From the NCBI RefSeq assembly GCF_036321535.1, contig NC_087437.1, positions 49,664,001 to 49,728,000 on the forward strand: a stretch of DNA of 64,000 nucleotides, written 5' to 3'. Positions 11,471 through 24,582 of the stretch are shown here, piece after piece. Below the pieces are notes generated by a model. It had not been told where the DNA came from. It ran no database searches and worked only from the letters and a program-made list of their open reading frames with translations. The translations under genes were made by a program, and so were the position numbers. The stretch is from Camelus dromedarius. Lineage: Eukaryota. Each line of letters begins with the position of its first letter. The stretch's first letter is position 1.

Positions 11471-14400
11471 TAAGCCATACTAATTTAAACAGAACAAAGA
11501 TGCCTTTTTCACCTGAGAGAGGGTTCATTTGTTCATTGACTGAACCAGTATAAAGAGAAAGGCTGAAGATGAGAGGGAACAAGTTCCCTGAGAAGCAGCA
11601 TTGATGAGATCTGGAGAATGTGCTCAGAGATAGTTCTATAGAAGAGGAGAGACAGTGCTCCTGGTTGGGACAGAAGTTAAGGAGAGTGCAGCTACAAAGA
11701 GTGTTTATGTGTTGAGAGAGGGGAATCTACGGCCTCCATTTTCCTCACATGCCAGGAGGTGAGATCATCTTGGCAGGAAAGGGTAGGATGAGGGGAAATA
11801 GGCTGATATGCTGGGGAGAATGAAGGTGGTTTGGAAGGGCTATGTAGAAAATGGAACACCATCTAAAGGTGCAGACGCCCAGATAATGTCACGTCACATT
11901 TTGTTTATAATTGTAAGTGAAAACTTGATCATTGTCACTGGGACCCTGTTTACCAGGGTATAGTGAAATCGAGAATTGGCAATTATTTGATTAATTTGAT
12001 GAATGTTCCAAATTAGGAATACCAGGTCAGGGTATGTTTCCGACCTAAATTATACAGTGCAGTTGTCTGCAGTGATCAAATTAACCAGCTGATTGCCAAA
12101 TCTCTCTTTCTCTCTGTCCCCTGTGGACATAGCTTAAAGAACTAATAAGCGGACTGGACTCTGCCCCAATCTATTTTGGGGTAATTGATGTCTTTGTGCT
12201 CGCAACCCAGCAGCTTGGTATCAAACACTGAAGCTTTGTGGAGACTCTGTCAGCAGGCGATTTACCGCCTCAGAAAGCAGTCTTTCTCTTGCAAAGCTTA
12301 TCAATCAGAAGTTTGGAGGAAATATCCCAAACACCCCAAGGAAAGTTATATTTTATTGCTTTGGAAAAATATTTGATTCCGTGCATTTGGTTTCATAAAA
12401 AGAATTTGTTTCAGGTTCTGAATACTTATGATTTTTGTTTCTGTCTTCATGAAGTACTGTAAAGCAATTTCAGCTTTACATTTAAATGGTTTGGTTCTTA
12501 AAACACTTAAGCTGACTGAAAGTTGGCTTTTTCTTTTAAATGAAAAGTATCAGTAATTTTTATCTCTTAAAGAAAAAGGAAAAGCAATTATGGTGAAGAA
12601 ACATTTCATTCCTTATTTTTAAAATATTTCCATCCAAAGTTGATGGTTGATGTAATGTAGCCTGTGAAATGAACGGAGGCAGTAACCAGGGTAACTTGGG
12701 CACTGAAACCTATTTTGTGAAACAGCAATGTAATTTGAGTAATTTAGGGACTGACCTCAATGCTTTGAGCTCCCTTTGCTATGTTCTTAAACAATGCCCT
12801 GACACGTCGTTTACTTATATTCAAAAATGAAGGGAACCGTTGTTTTACTCCCATTTTGACTCTTGCCTTCAGAGACTCAGCCCACCTCTCTTACTATGAA
12901 GTATTCATCGACTTGCGGGGCTGTGATGGTGTAAGATGAAGGCCTGGCTTAAGAGTTTCCTCCTCTCAAAGAACTTACAACCTGTGAGGTTTGCTAGCAG
13001 ACCAAACTAAGAAACAAATGCTGTTTCAATCTGAATATTGTTCAAATACAAAAACAGATTAAAATGAGGCCATTTAGGCTAAGAACAGCTTTTGGCATTA
13101 GAGATTTGTTGTATGCTCTTACCAGTGGTGAAATGGATAAACAAACATTCAAAATGGCAGAATTACATTCTCTGTGTCTGGATTTTAGCCTGCCCCTGGT
13201 CTGAGTCTCAGGATTGGCAGGAACGACAAGTTGGACTCAACCTAGTTAATTCCACAGCAGCTCGAAGGAAAAGTGTGCAAATGAGGATAACAGGAGTTGC
13301 CACGGCTTCTCCGGTTCCAACCTCCCACCGAGACAGGGGAACCTCCAAGTCAGAGGATCCCAGAACCCAGGTTTTGGGAGAAACTAGAAATCTAGATGCT
13401 TACACAAAATCCATGATTTCTAAACATTAATATCTCATATATACAAGTATGCTTGTGGCTCTGGACCAGATTCAGCCTGAGGCTGTTGGTCTGGAATCTT
13501 TGACTGACTGAAAGATTTCCAAGCTCTGATTTCTTGGTAAAAAAACCCAGACTTCATCACTTTTTTAAGAGGTCATTGCTTATGCCATACGAGGCTGAAC
13601 ATGCTCCTTTTCATACCTTAATCTGCTCAGCTTTCTTTTTACATTTTGAAGACATAAACTCATATTTTAATAAAAGGAAGGCAGGACCAAAACCAGACTT
13701 ACTACGTTGTCTTCCTCAGAAGTCTCCGTTTCAACTTTTCTGGCTAGAATATGCTTTAAGAAAGCATTTGCTGCACATTGTATGGCATTTTCTCTCTAAT
13801 GAAAATATGCTGTGATTTTTATTTGCTAATTTCAAAAGTCATGTTTTTGTCTACTGGTCTAGTTAGAAAAAGAAAGGAAATACCTTATTTTGGGCAGTAT
13901 CTATCGAAGGAGTAGTTAACTAAATGATGGTGAGATGTCGCCAGGTGAGGTCTTGATTTGTCCTGGGAAGTGTAGCACCTGCTGTCAGAGGGAAAGTCTC
14001 TCTGATTTAGGTGCGAGTAAAACAATTTTAACAGTAGGCTCCAATCATGCTGGAGTGAAGCGTAGTGTGACTGTCATCTCTGAACCATTCAGTTTCATAA
14101 CTGATCTTGTCAGGGACACATCAGTGCCCTTACTTGTTTCAGATGGTGAATACCTTATGATGTTTGTTTCTCTCTTCATGAAGCAGTATAAAGCAACTGT
14201 GGTGCATGCAATAAACTTCCATTTGTGTTCGAATGATACAAGATGAGATCTGTTGGTGAGTGAAATCTACTTTATTGATTTTCATTTGTTTATAAAATAA
14301 TCATTTATTGTGAACCAATTATTATCTTGAGATGCAAAGATCAACAGAAATACTTAACAGTAGTTCAACTTATAGCACATATGTAACAATTAAATTAGCA

Positions 14401-14795
14401 TTTTCCCCTTCCCCCTCTTGCTGATAGCAAATTATATCTTTGAGTTGCATGATTTGGGAATAAGAGAAATAGGAAAAGCACTTTTCCAAGAAGCTCTTCT
14501 TTCCTTTCTGAACCTGCCAATGTCTGTAAATAACGTTTCCACTGCCAGTAGGGGCTCATTACGGGCTTGCAAGGGTGTCCTGAGGAAGTCTTCATGAGAA
14601 GTTTGGGGAGGGTTACGGCAGGTGACAAACGAGTTCATTCTGGGTGCAGAAATTCACATTACATGGATTGCAGGGAAAAGAAATGCAGTAAATTTTTATA
14701 AATAAGGTTAAAAAATCTTAATGTTGTATTAATTAAATTTTTGAATATCTGCCTAGAATAGTGCGTGCTTTTTGATTTTCCAGTTAACATTTCAG

Positions 14796-14910
14796 TGTGG
14801 ACACAGAAGACAAGATCAGTGCAGATCAAATACCTGGAAAGAAGAAAGGGCCAGGCAACAGGAGGAGGAAACTCAGACGTTGGCAAGAGCCGTGTTACCC
14901 AAAGAGCACT
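14796..14910 (+). pseudogene. Candidate internal exon, 115 nt (CGHRRQDQCRSNTWKEERARQQEEETQTLARAVLPKEH)
   Basis: Acceptor 'tttttgattttccagttaacatttcag|' (an alternative in-frame AG lies 12 nt upstream), purine-rich body, donor '|gtgagt'. Open in frame, phase 0 to 1. Product not recognised. Confidence 0.45.
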
Positions 14911-16469
14911 GTGAGTCTTGCCTGAGATACTCTTTCTGTGTCCTAATAGTGAACCCTCGTATGGCACTTGGTCTGTGCTAGGCAGCTCTTAATCTTTACA
15001 GACAGCCAATCATAGATGGATGCATAGAAAATACACGCACAGTTACACAAGAGAACTTAAATTAATTTTACAAGGGTTATTTTTATTTATTTTTTAAACA
15101 AAGTCCATTTTAGACATGGGTTAAAGATCCTTTTTAAGTGTCATTGAGAAGAGTAACGTTAGTCCTCAGGAAACATGACATTTGATCATGAAGCCTGTGC
15201 CTAGATGGAGTTAGCCAGGTTAGCATCCTTCAGGCAGGAGTTGCCAATTTTGACCTGGTTCAAATTCATTCAAATCCACTGATCACTAAAATTGTCTGGA
15301 AATGATTTATCTTTGCTATATCATAAAGGACATTAATGTCTTGTAATGTCTTAGGGTCACCTATGTGAATAATAATGATCACAATGCTGTGCCATAAAAA
15401 AATGGTCCTTTAAGATTTTTAGACATTTGATACTAGAGAAATGTTTTATTATCAGCTTCCATTACCTGGGTATACAAAGTGGAGGTGTGTTTGTACACAT
15501 GTATGTGTGTTCTGTATGTATAGGCATGTACACTCACACATATGCCCACGTGTGTGTGTTTACCTGTAGTTGATAACTTTGGCAAAGAGACAAAAATGAG
15601 AAGACTGCTGTGTGGTCTTGAAATCAATCAAAACTTGCTGTTGGCTTGTAGACAGAACATTGAGAAGAGAGCTCCTGGAATTGCTCACGCCTAAGTTTCC
15701 CAGAACAGGAGGAGGAAGCCAAGCCTGCATATAGGGATGAAAAGGTTGTAGATGAGGTGGAGGGGAAATGAAGAGACAGAACCAAGCAAGGTGTGACACT
15801 TTGGGTGTAATAGTGAATGGCAGGAGAGAGTGGCAGGAGTTAGCGAAGGGGCTGAAAGGTGGTGGGGCAACGTTGGCCAAGGAGGTAAAGAGGCTGTTGA
15901 TGGGCATGACTTCCCATGAGTCAGATTTCCTGTGTGTTCTGGGCTCTTTTCTCATTCTACTCCTGGTCTTGTTGGGGCTTGATTAAGTACATACTGTCCC
16001 AGGTGATCCAAACAACTCTCATGTGCACATTTAGACACCAAACTTCATCAGGCAGATAACTTTTATTAGGTAGACATTCACTCCACATTGGATTGGACTT
16101 TTGGACATTTTGATGTACCTTCAACAATCACCTTTCCTTCTTTTCATCTTTGTCCTCACTTATGGACTGCTTATTTTAAAAAAAGAAACAATTTTTTTTA
16201 GATACTAAAGACTAGATGCTTTCAATAAAAAATACAAGTATACCAGGAAAATTTATACATTACTTTATTAGTTCAATAAATATTTTGCCATACTTTGTGT
16301 TCAGCATGAGGGACATGCTGTGAAGAAGCCAAAGGGCCTGCCCTCCTAGGGGTTACAGTCTAGTGGAGATGAGTTTACTTAGAATGTCAGTGTCTGGCAT
16401 GCAAAACTGTAGCAACTTCAGCCTCAGTATTAAGCCTACATGTATTTTAAAATTGTTCCCAACAGCAAT

Positions 16470-17130
16470 TTGTTTTCATGTGCCTCTTGTAAGTAGCATA
16501 TAGCTGAATTTTTCCCCCAATTTGATAACTGATTAATTACATTTATTGGAACTATTAATTTACTTAAATTTATTTCTGGTATTTGTATATTCTATATACT
16601 GTGCTTTGTATGTTTCTTTGTTTTCTCATTTCTTGCCTTTTGGATTGATTGCATTTTCTGAATGCTTAACTGGGTTAAAAGTTTTAGAATCTATTTCTAG
16701 ATTTTTAGTAGTTACTCTTGAAATTTTAACACCAATTTACATGCTTTTAGTTTACTTTTTTGCATCTTGCTTCTTCCATCTGTATTAACTTCTTTTTTTA
16801 TTAGTTCTTTCCAATTCCTTTAGAATTTCTTTCAGTGATGATTTCTACATATTATGATCTCTCTAATCCTTATTTGTCTTTCATTTTCAAATGGCAGTTT
16901 AGTTGGTCATAGAAGTCTAGATTGACAGCTATTTTCTTTTAACACTTTGAGGATATTATTATTCAATGATTTATTCTGGTCTCTTTTGCTGCTGCTAAGA
17001 AGTCTATATAGGTCTTTGCAGGAAAGATGTCTATTTTCCTTGATTGCTTTTGATATTTGATCTTTTTCTTTGAGATCCCACCATTTTACTCTGAACTGTT
17101 CTGGGTGTGGATTTGATTATGTATTTATAT
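16470..17130 (-). mobile_element. Ancient L1-family fragment (5'/ORF1 region-like)
   Basis: T-rich, with 'gtttagttggtcatagaagtctagattgacagctattttcttttaacactttgagg' and 'ttgctgctgctaagaagtct'. Confidence 0.6.
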
Positions 17131-17379
17131 TTTCAATAGAGTGCTAGGCCACATTAACTGCTTTCACATCTCCCCCACAATAAATAATGATATGGAATAT
17201 ATTTCCATGTCAATAAATATGCCCCTATTATGTCAATTTAAATGATTATATTTCTGCTTAGTTGGAGATTAAAGCATTTAATCTCACATTTTATTTGAAT
17301 AAAATCATATGCACACACATGCAAAGAAAAGGAGTTGTAACCCATGTAAGTACTGGATACTGCGGACGTCCTGACTAGC

Positions 17380-17562
17380 TCACTGGTGCTCTGAAGCTGC
17401 TCACACCGTCTCAGGGAGCGCTGACTGTGTGCATCTCTTCCCAACTCCACATTCAGTGGTGCCACTTTGGCCACAGTGGGAGTGTTTACACTAAGGAAAT
17501 AGACTAAGGTTGCAAATCAGGGAATTTTTTTCCTTCTGAATTTGTTCTTAAACACCACTAGT
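17380..17562 (+). mobile_element. MER63-like hAT-Blackjack DNA transposon remnant
   Basis: 'tgtgcatctcttcccaactccacattcagtg...gtgggagtgtttacactaaggaaat...tgcaaatcaggg...aaacaccactag' follows the MER63 consensus as I recall it. Confidence 0.7.
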
Positions 17563-19479
17563 CATCCTTCATTTGGACACTTCGTACCTCCTGCCAGCCT
17601 CCACAATGCCCATCTTCTGTAAGCTCAGCCTCACCTAGGTCCAGAAACACTTCTGTCTTTTCATAGTTACAAGTCCAGTGGGCTATAGAGTTCATCTATC
17701 CATTCATTTATCTGTTAGTACATTTCTGTGAAGAATATGAAGGTCTTATATGGGTCAAGCAGTATGCTGGGCAGCAAGAACTCACAGATGACCAAGGACA
17801 GGACATCTACGAAGCCAAGGGTCAGCTTTAGTTCCCACTGTACCTTTTCTCTACCACTTTAGTTAGCTGGGTTTTATTTCTGAGGCCCAGCATGCTTCAG
17901 CCTAATCTTTCTGCATTACGACATCCATGTCAACTTAATGGAGAGACGTAGTCAGAAGCATGGTATGAGTTAGTTGCTTTTGTTTATAGACATGAACTTC
18001 TCTTAGCAAATACTGCTTCAGTCTTCTGAAGAGTCATAAAACCCATTGTTTATCTGTCAGTTCTTAACCTCACCAGTCTCTCTAAGTAAGCAATTTAAGT
18101 TTTCATCTTTAGAATTATACATTTTGAAATAAATTTTAGACATTTGGGAGTTGACTCTTGTTTACTGTAACTCCTAGAAAATGACTTAAAAATTTAAATT
18201 CTGGAGACATCAAGTAGTTCTTCTAATGTTATATTTTGAGGAGTTCAGGATAAATTAATGAAAAATAGATGAATAAAATCCTTTTTAGAGTTCACATGGG
18301 TTTAAAAATTAAGGCTAGATATATTGACAAAACAGATTCTGGCTTTTGCCAAGCCCCCCAAATTTTAGAGTTTGAAACATTTTGAGTTGAAAATGTGACT
18401 GAAACTAATAATGTACTATTTCATCAGTAGAGTGTTTGTTAAAACAACGCAAAATTTTAAACTGGATTATTCTTTCTTTATGTGAATGTGGTAAAGTTAA
18501 TATCTTAGATTTACTAAATTAAAAATAACTAGAAAGAATAATGTATTTAATAGATCAATTATAGGTGTCTCATAAGTAAAGCAATGTGTTAGTAACATGA
18601 AAATATTTAAAAAATAAGATCCAAATTCAGTTACTGATGAGATCTTATAAGCTCTTCAAAAATTCAGCTTTTATGTAAATTATTCCATAAATTAAGAAAA
18701 CATGAAAATTCCAGTGTATGTGTTACAATAGTTTCCAAACATTCATAAACCTGTGAGGCAAATTGATATTTTATATGCAATGTGGTTTGAGACAAAAACA
18801 AGATTTTGCCCCAGAATCTTGAAGGAGTCATCCAAAATATTAGGGGAGATGTCTAAAGAGAGAGATGTGATTGCCCAGGGAGTTCTTTAATGAGCTCAAA
18901 TGTTAAGGAGCCCTGGAAGAATGGCCACATTCATGCAAAAGAATGGCACAAGCCTGTTTAAAGGGTGTAAGAAAGGTTAATTTTAATATCCAATAGGCTG
19001 CATGAAACACCAAAGACCACAAAAAAGGGCATTCAGAGCAAGAAGAAGAAGATGTACAAATTTAGGAAAGAAAATATAATAATAACAGAGTGGAAAGAAG
19101 ACATATATATTCAATTTCTTTCATCTCTGTTGAAGTGCATGGTCTCCAGGCTCTACAATGTAAATAAACATTCTACACAGAGTACATTTAACTAGTATAG
19201 AATAAGAATTTTATATCTGAATAAGTCCATGCCTTCAAATAGATTCCTCCCTCCATTTTTGAATGACATGTGCAGGATGCTTACAGAGTCTACAGATGTG
19301 ACCACCAATCCAGTGCTGATAAAACTTAATGAGAAGTTGCCAACTATGTGAGCAGGGCCAGTAGGTAGGAAATGAACATATGCTCTTGCTGTTAACAAAA
19401 GGAGAAACAGTTGGACTAATAAATTTTAATGCTGATCCTGGGCAATAATTGAAAACAAATTATAAATCTAATGATTTCT

Positions 19480-20060
19480 AAGTACCAAACAAACCACCCC
19501 AGAGCTATTAAATGTTATTGATATTGATTTTGAAAAACCAACTGGGTCAATAAGCTGTGTCTTATTCTCAGCAAGGTGATAGTCTCTCATGAAAATCTGG
19601 ATGGCAGGAGGGCTGGACGGATTAACAGCATGCCTTTGTGACCACAGAGAGGGATTCTTCAGAAAAAGGAAGGGTCCTTACTTAATCTAGTTCTGTTTGA
19701 TGTCTTCATTAATGACTTAAATGGGGGCATATATAATAGTCATCAAATTTGCAGAGAGGTCCAGATTGTGAGGGAGAGTTAACAGAAAAGATGACAAGTG
19801 TAGAAAATCAATGACTAGAATAATGGGTTTAAACTGACATGATGAAAATTAGCAGAGATTACTATTAAGTTTTGAATTTAGTTAAACAAAACAAAATCAA
19901 CACATACAGGAGGGGTTGGGTGCCGGCATGGCAAGAGTTTATTTGGAACGTTGACGGACTACCTCAGCAGCAATATCTTTTGTCTCACGAGAAAAAAAAA
20001 GTCACCACCCGTTATGATGTTCCTAAAGCACACTGTGATTAGTGTTCACTTTTGGGAGCC
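19480..20060 (+). mobile_element. L3/CR1 LINE, reverse-transcriptase remnant
   Basis: 'ctagttctgtttgatgtcttcattaatgacttaaatgggggcata' reads LVLFDVFINDLNGGI and 'atcaaatttgcagag' reads IKFAE, matching the CR1 RT motif PVLFNIFINDL...IKFADD. Confidence 0.7.
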
Positions 20061-20169
20061 AGTTAGTGAGGGTGGTGATGATTCTTACAGTTAACTAAAA
20101 CTGGTGGCTAGTTGAATGGTCGGACCTAAATTTAACAGGCCAGTTTATCTGTGAAGTACGGAACAGGCA

Positions 20170-20410
20170 AAGGGTTTTGAATGCTATCGTAAGATCCAGG
20201 GACAAATCCTGGCCACACTGTTGGGTGTCTGTATGTTTTCAAAGAAGTCCCACAAGTTCTGTGAGCCTCAGTTTCCTTGGCTGAAAAATGAGGATAAAAA
20301 TAGCTCCTTTTCAGAGTTGTCAGGAGGATTGAGGGATGTTTGAGGGACTTAGCCCAGGGCCTGCCACCTAGTATATGCTCTGTAAATGGTAGCTGTTAGA
20401 ATGATAATTA
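20170..20410 (+). mobile_element. MIR SINE
   Basis: 'gagcctcagtttccttggctgaaaaatgaggata', 'cttagcccagggcctgccacctagtatatgctctgtaaatggtagctg'. Confidence 0.8.
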
Positions 20411-21040
20411 TCATCTTATTAGTTTTTGGAGATAGAAGCATGTGTGCACTTTACCAATCAGGATACCTTTGCAGCTCACAAACAAAATTAGGGAGTGTAT
20501 GAGGATACCATCTTTATGAAGACTTGCACTCCAGACCTGATTGTTAAATTTTGATGAAAGTGGTCTCTGTTAGAAGCAAATGTTATTTGATATGTGCATC
20601 TTGAAGAAAGCTGACTCCCAAGCTCTGAGGTTTAAGGCTGCAGATGAGGGAGGCATGTGAAGCTAGGTACTAATGCCTGTAGAGATTTAACTGCTAAGGT
20701 TTTTTTTTTTAAAGACTGTTATGGTTTTATTAGCGCTCTACAGCTCTTGAGTGCACTGCCTAGCCCTATATTCCCCACAGCTCTGTTATTTTTCATGTGC
20801 AATTTTGCAGAAGGCAAAGTTTTCTTCAGCTATGCTTATGTTGCATTATAGCAGAAATACTGTAGACGGAACACAGGAATGTAAATGAAACCTTATATTT
20901 ACCTGATACCTTACTCTTGAAATAATTCCACAAACAAGAGCTAGGAATGCACATAGACGGAAAGGTACAGTGGAGGAGAGCCTTGGCTTAGGCCTTTGGG
21001 GTGCTGGGCTCTAGCCCAAGCTTTTCACTCATTAGTTTTG

Positions 21041-21413
21041 TGTTGTGGGCCGAATTGTGTCCCCCTAAATTGTAGTCCTAACCCCCAGTACCTCAAAATG
21101 TGACTATGTTTGGAGATAAGAACTTTAAAGAGTTATTTAAGGCTAAATGAGGTCATTAGGTTGGGCCCTAACCCAATATGGCTGATGTCCTCAGAGGAAG
21201 AGACTAGAGCACACAGACACAGAGGGAAGGCCGCGTGAGGACCCAGGAAGAACGCCATCTGCAAGCCAAAGAGAGTGGCCTCAGAAGACACCAACCCTGC
21301 CAACCCCTCACTCTCAGACTTCCAGCCTCCAGAACTGTGAGAAAATAACTTTCTGTTGTTGAAGCCACCCAGCCTGTGGTCCTTTGTGGCAGTGCTGCTG
21401 GCAAGTGGATACA
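21041..21413 (+). mobile_element. MaLR solo LTR (MLT1B-like) nested in a MIR
   Basis: TG...CA ends ('tgttgtgggccgaattgtgtcccc' ... 'gcaagtggataca') and 'cagacttccagcctccagaactgtgagaaaataa'. MIR-like halves flank it at about 20965-21040 and 21414-21465. Confidence 0.9.
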
Positions 21414-22914
21414 CTGTTTAACCCTCGGAATTTTTGTTTCCTTACCTGTAAAATGAAGATTATGATGTAAAAGTGGGTGGTACTTTAAAATGAACAAGTA
21501 AAATAACCCATTTTGTGCTAGGGGAAAAGATGTCAAGAAAGCAGCGTTGAATTATAGTAACTTTTCATTTTTATTTATTTCTCTAAAAGTCTGAGAGAAA
21601 AAAAATAGGTATTTCCTGGTTTGAAAAGATCAAAAACTCTTTGTTAAAACTAACTAAATAAATAAGTGGATAATTATTTACAGAAAACATTCCCAGTAGC
21701 AAATGCCATCAATCAGAGAGTGTTCTGAGAAATTTCAAATATAATTTGATCTCCTCTCCCCCCAAATTACAATCTGCATCACCTTTCTAGAAATATACCT
21801 ATTTCATAAATTAGGATATACCCGTACTTGTTAAATACTTAAGGTTTGATTTAATTAAAGAGTTCAGGTTGCTGAGCACAGCCTCGCCCTTCCGTTATTG
21901 TCATGCATGCATGGGCTGCAGTTGATAATCAGAGCTGTGTTGGGCATTCCACTTTGCACCTCCTAGGGCGCCAATTTTCAGAGACGGTTAGAACCCAATA
22001 GAAAAATCTCACCTAAGATTCATCTGTGAGCTAAATTACAAGGGAAGCCATTATCATTCATTTTACATGCACTATCGATCCAGGTTGTCAGCCAAGCTCC
22101 TCTGGATAACAGGGAAGGATTTTGCTGGCTTTGAGAATCTTGAGAACTGAAATGCTCAACCAAGGTATTTCACTGTTCTCCTGATCAAGAAATCATTCTT
22201 AATTGAATCAAAAGTATATATTGAGTCTCCACTCCACTAGATGCCTAGCCTGGGAGGCCCACATTCTAGAGTGAGGATGAAAGAGTAGACATTTAAAATC
22301 TGGCTGGAAGAGACCAAGCAAATACTAAGCAATGAGAAGTCAGTGAAATGTTAAACTCTATGGAAAGAATGAAAAGGGATTTCAGAGAAGGGCAAGAACA
22401 GTGTGAGTCTGGGGAAGCAGATGAAGCTAAGAGAGGAGGTGGGAAGGATTTGGACACAGGATGATTTAAATAGAGGATACGGTGGAAGTTACTTTGGGGT
22501 GGGTGTAGTTTGAGGGGAAGGCTGAGTATGTGTGTTTTGTGCACACGTGCTAGGCACCACTTTCTTGCGGGGAGTGTTGAGAAGAGAGATGGCATGAGCA
22601 AAGACATGTTAGTGGAAGAACCAGCACACTAATGAATGCGTAATGCACCTAGAGAAGTCTGGCTTTGAAAAAATGATGTGCAATTCCATCACGTGTACTA
22701 TCACAATTAGGAATGTGTTATTTCTAAATCCTGAGAATAACCTACAATGTTAAATATTGCCAACCTCATTTTGCAGCTAAAGGAACTGAGGTTTAGAAAA
22801 ATTAAATGACTCATCTTCAATCACACATATTAAATGCATAAGCCTCCAAAGTCTTCATGAGGTTGTCCAAGCATAGTGGGACATATGTGGGTCCACGTGG
22901 ATATCACAAATTGA

Positions 22915-23219
22915 TGGATGCTGTTGGTGCCCACGATAGCACACTCTATCAGCTGGCGTACCCACCTCTCAGCTGCATTTACTCCCTAGGAGGATACACC
23001 CCTCCAGACCCTGGCTGGTGACCACTATGCATGGGGTATAAAAGGCCAGCCCCCTTGCTCAAGCTGACTCACTTGGTAATGTCCTTTGTGCTCCAGAGCA
23101 TCTCCATGGGGGTCAGACTGCAGCTCATCTGGAGCTGAGCTCACATTCTCTCTTCACTTCTCCTCCCTCCCCATATGCTCTCACCTGAGAGCACTCTCCC
23201 AATAAACCAAACCCTGCCT
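22915..23219 (+). mobile_element. ERVL LTR16-like solo LTR
   Basis: 'ggggtataaaaggccagcccccttgctcaag', 'gctccagagcatctccatggggg', 'cctgagagcactctcccaataaa'. Confidence 0.7.
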
Positions 23220-23366
23220 AAGGGAACTATATTCGATCCATTGAAGTAACTTATGGTGAAAAAGAATTTGAGAAAGAATATATGTATGTTCATGTAGGAC
23301 TGAAACATTATGCTATACACCAGAAATTGACACAACATTGTAAACTGACTATACTTCAATAAATAT
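23220..23366 (+). mobile_element. 5'-truncated L1 3' UTR end (relatively young)
   Basis: 'agggaactatattc...gctatacaccagaaattgacacaacattgtaaactgactatacttcaataaa', followed by a tail-derived microsatellite. Confidence 0.85.
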
Positions 23367-23367
23367 A

Positions 23368-23423
<56 letters not shown>

Positions 23424-23446
23424 GAGAAAGAAAGAAAGAAAGAAAG
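23367..23446 (+). repeat. (AAAG)n microsatellite from the L1 poly(A) tail
   Basis: About 80 bp of AAAG units with one interruption, directly visible. Confidence 0.95.
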
Positions 23447-23689
23447 TTTGTGCATACTGGAACATGTAACTTGCTAAATGTGTAACATACTGGAATGTTT
23501 AAGAACCACAGCTTGGCATAATCAGGGCAGTAAATAGCTCTACTCAGTGCTGAAGGGGAAACCAAGTCATAATGGTGGATCCCGTTTAATCCCTTAAATG
23601 GGCTACCATGAACACGAAATGATTTGAGAACTACTGAGCATAAAATAAGCAACAAGTTGGGCAGAGGGACTTGAAGTAGGCAGAAGGTA

Positions 23690-23818
23690 CAGTGATCACA
23701 TAATTAATTATCCAAATAGGAACACTTTTGAGGATAACAGGAGATGCCATTAGTTATTACACAAGGATAAGTGTAAGCCAGGACTATCAAGCAAACCAGC
23801 AAGTATGATTACCATAGT
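23690..23818 (+). mobile_element. MER94-like hAT-Blackjack MITE
   Basis: 'gtgatcacataattaattatccaaataggaacacttttgag...gtaagccaggactatcaagcaaaccagcaagtatgattacc'. Confidence 0.6.
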
Positions 23819-24582
23819 AATAGGAGGGAGTAGGGAGCTATAGCAGGTTCTTGAGCAGGAGCATAACACAATTCTGTCAATGGTTTGCAACATGATTTAG
23901 AGGAAACCTTAGAGCTGAGAGAACAGCAGACAAGAGACTGTGATAGAGATACTAGTGTGATTTGTCTGGATTTCTGTCCTGGCCCCTGGTTTTTTGTCTA
24001 GTTCACTGCTCGGAATGGTTGTCATTTCTGGACCTCAGCATGCTTGCCAGAGGCTGTCAGCCAACCCTCTTGTCCTGGGTGATCAACACTCTGTCCAGGT
24101 ACCCCAACCACTGTTGAGGTCATTTGTTTAATCCAAATGGACTTGGCCTTGGAATAAAAAGTCTTCCATCTGCTAGCTCTGCTCCCTTGGAACATCTACA
24201 TCCCCGTGGTTCCCATGCCCCATGGGGCCTTGTGATTTTCCCCGTGGATATTTCTGGATGAACAAGAGGGTGGGGATGCACACCTGCCAGTAAGACATTC
24301 AGGCTTTCTGCCCAGATCCTAGCCATCCTCTCCCTCTAGCTAACTAATTCAAGAAAGTCAATGGAAAAGGTTGGCGGAGAGGGCTAATTCTGGGGGGCCT
24401 CACATTCCTCTGAGTTTCTGGCAGTTCTTGGTTAAATGATGAGACCTCCTATCCTCATGTGGGGCCTTATGGCTTCTTGTCTCCTTGAGTTTAAAACACA
24501 TTGCATTACCTTTACAGAGGTAGGTTTAAGGGCAAAAGTTCTAATCTTGTTGGTTTCAGAGTGGAAGAGAATGGAGGACGTC

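Noticed and set aside
18200..18870. AT-rich stretch possibly from a hAT-type DNA transposon
   Set aside because: I could not identify termini or a family with confidence.
21928..21990. Possible MER91-like fragment ('ttgcacctcctagggcgcca')
   Set aside because: Too short and diverged to call.
23141..23655. ORFs rich in FLSF repeats resembling membrane proteins
   Set aside because: They are translations of the (AAAG)n microsatellite.
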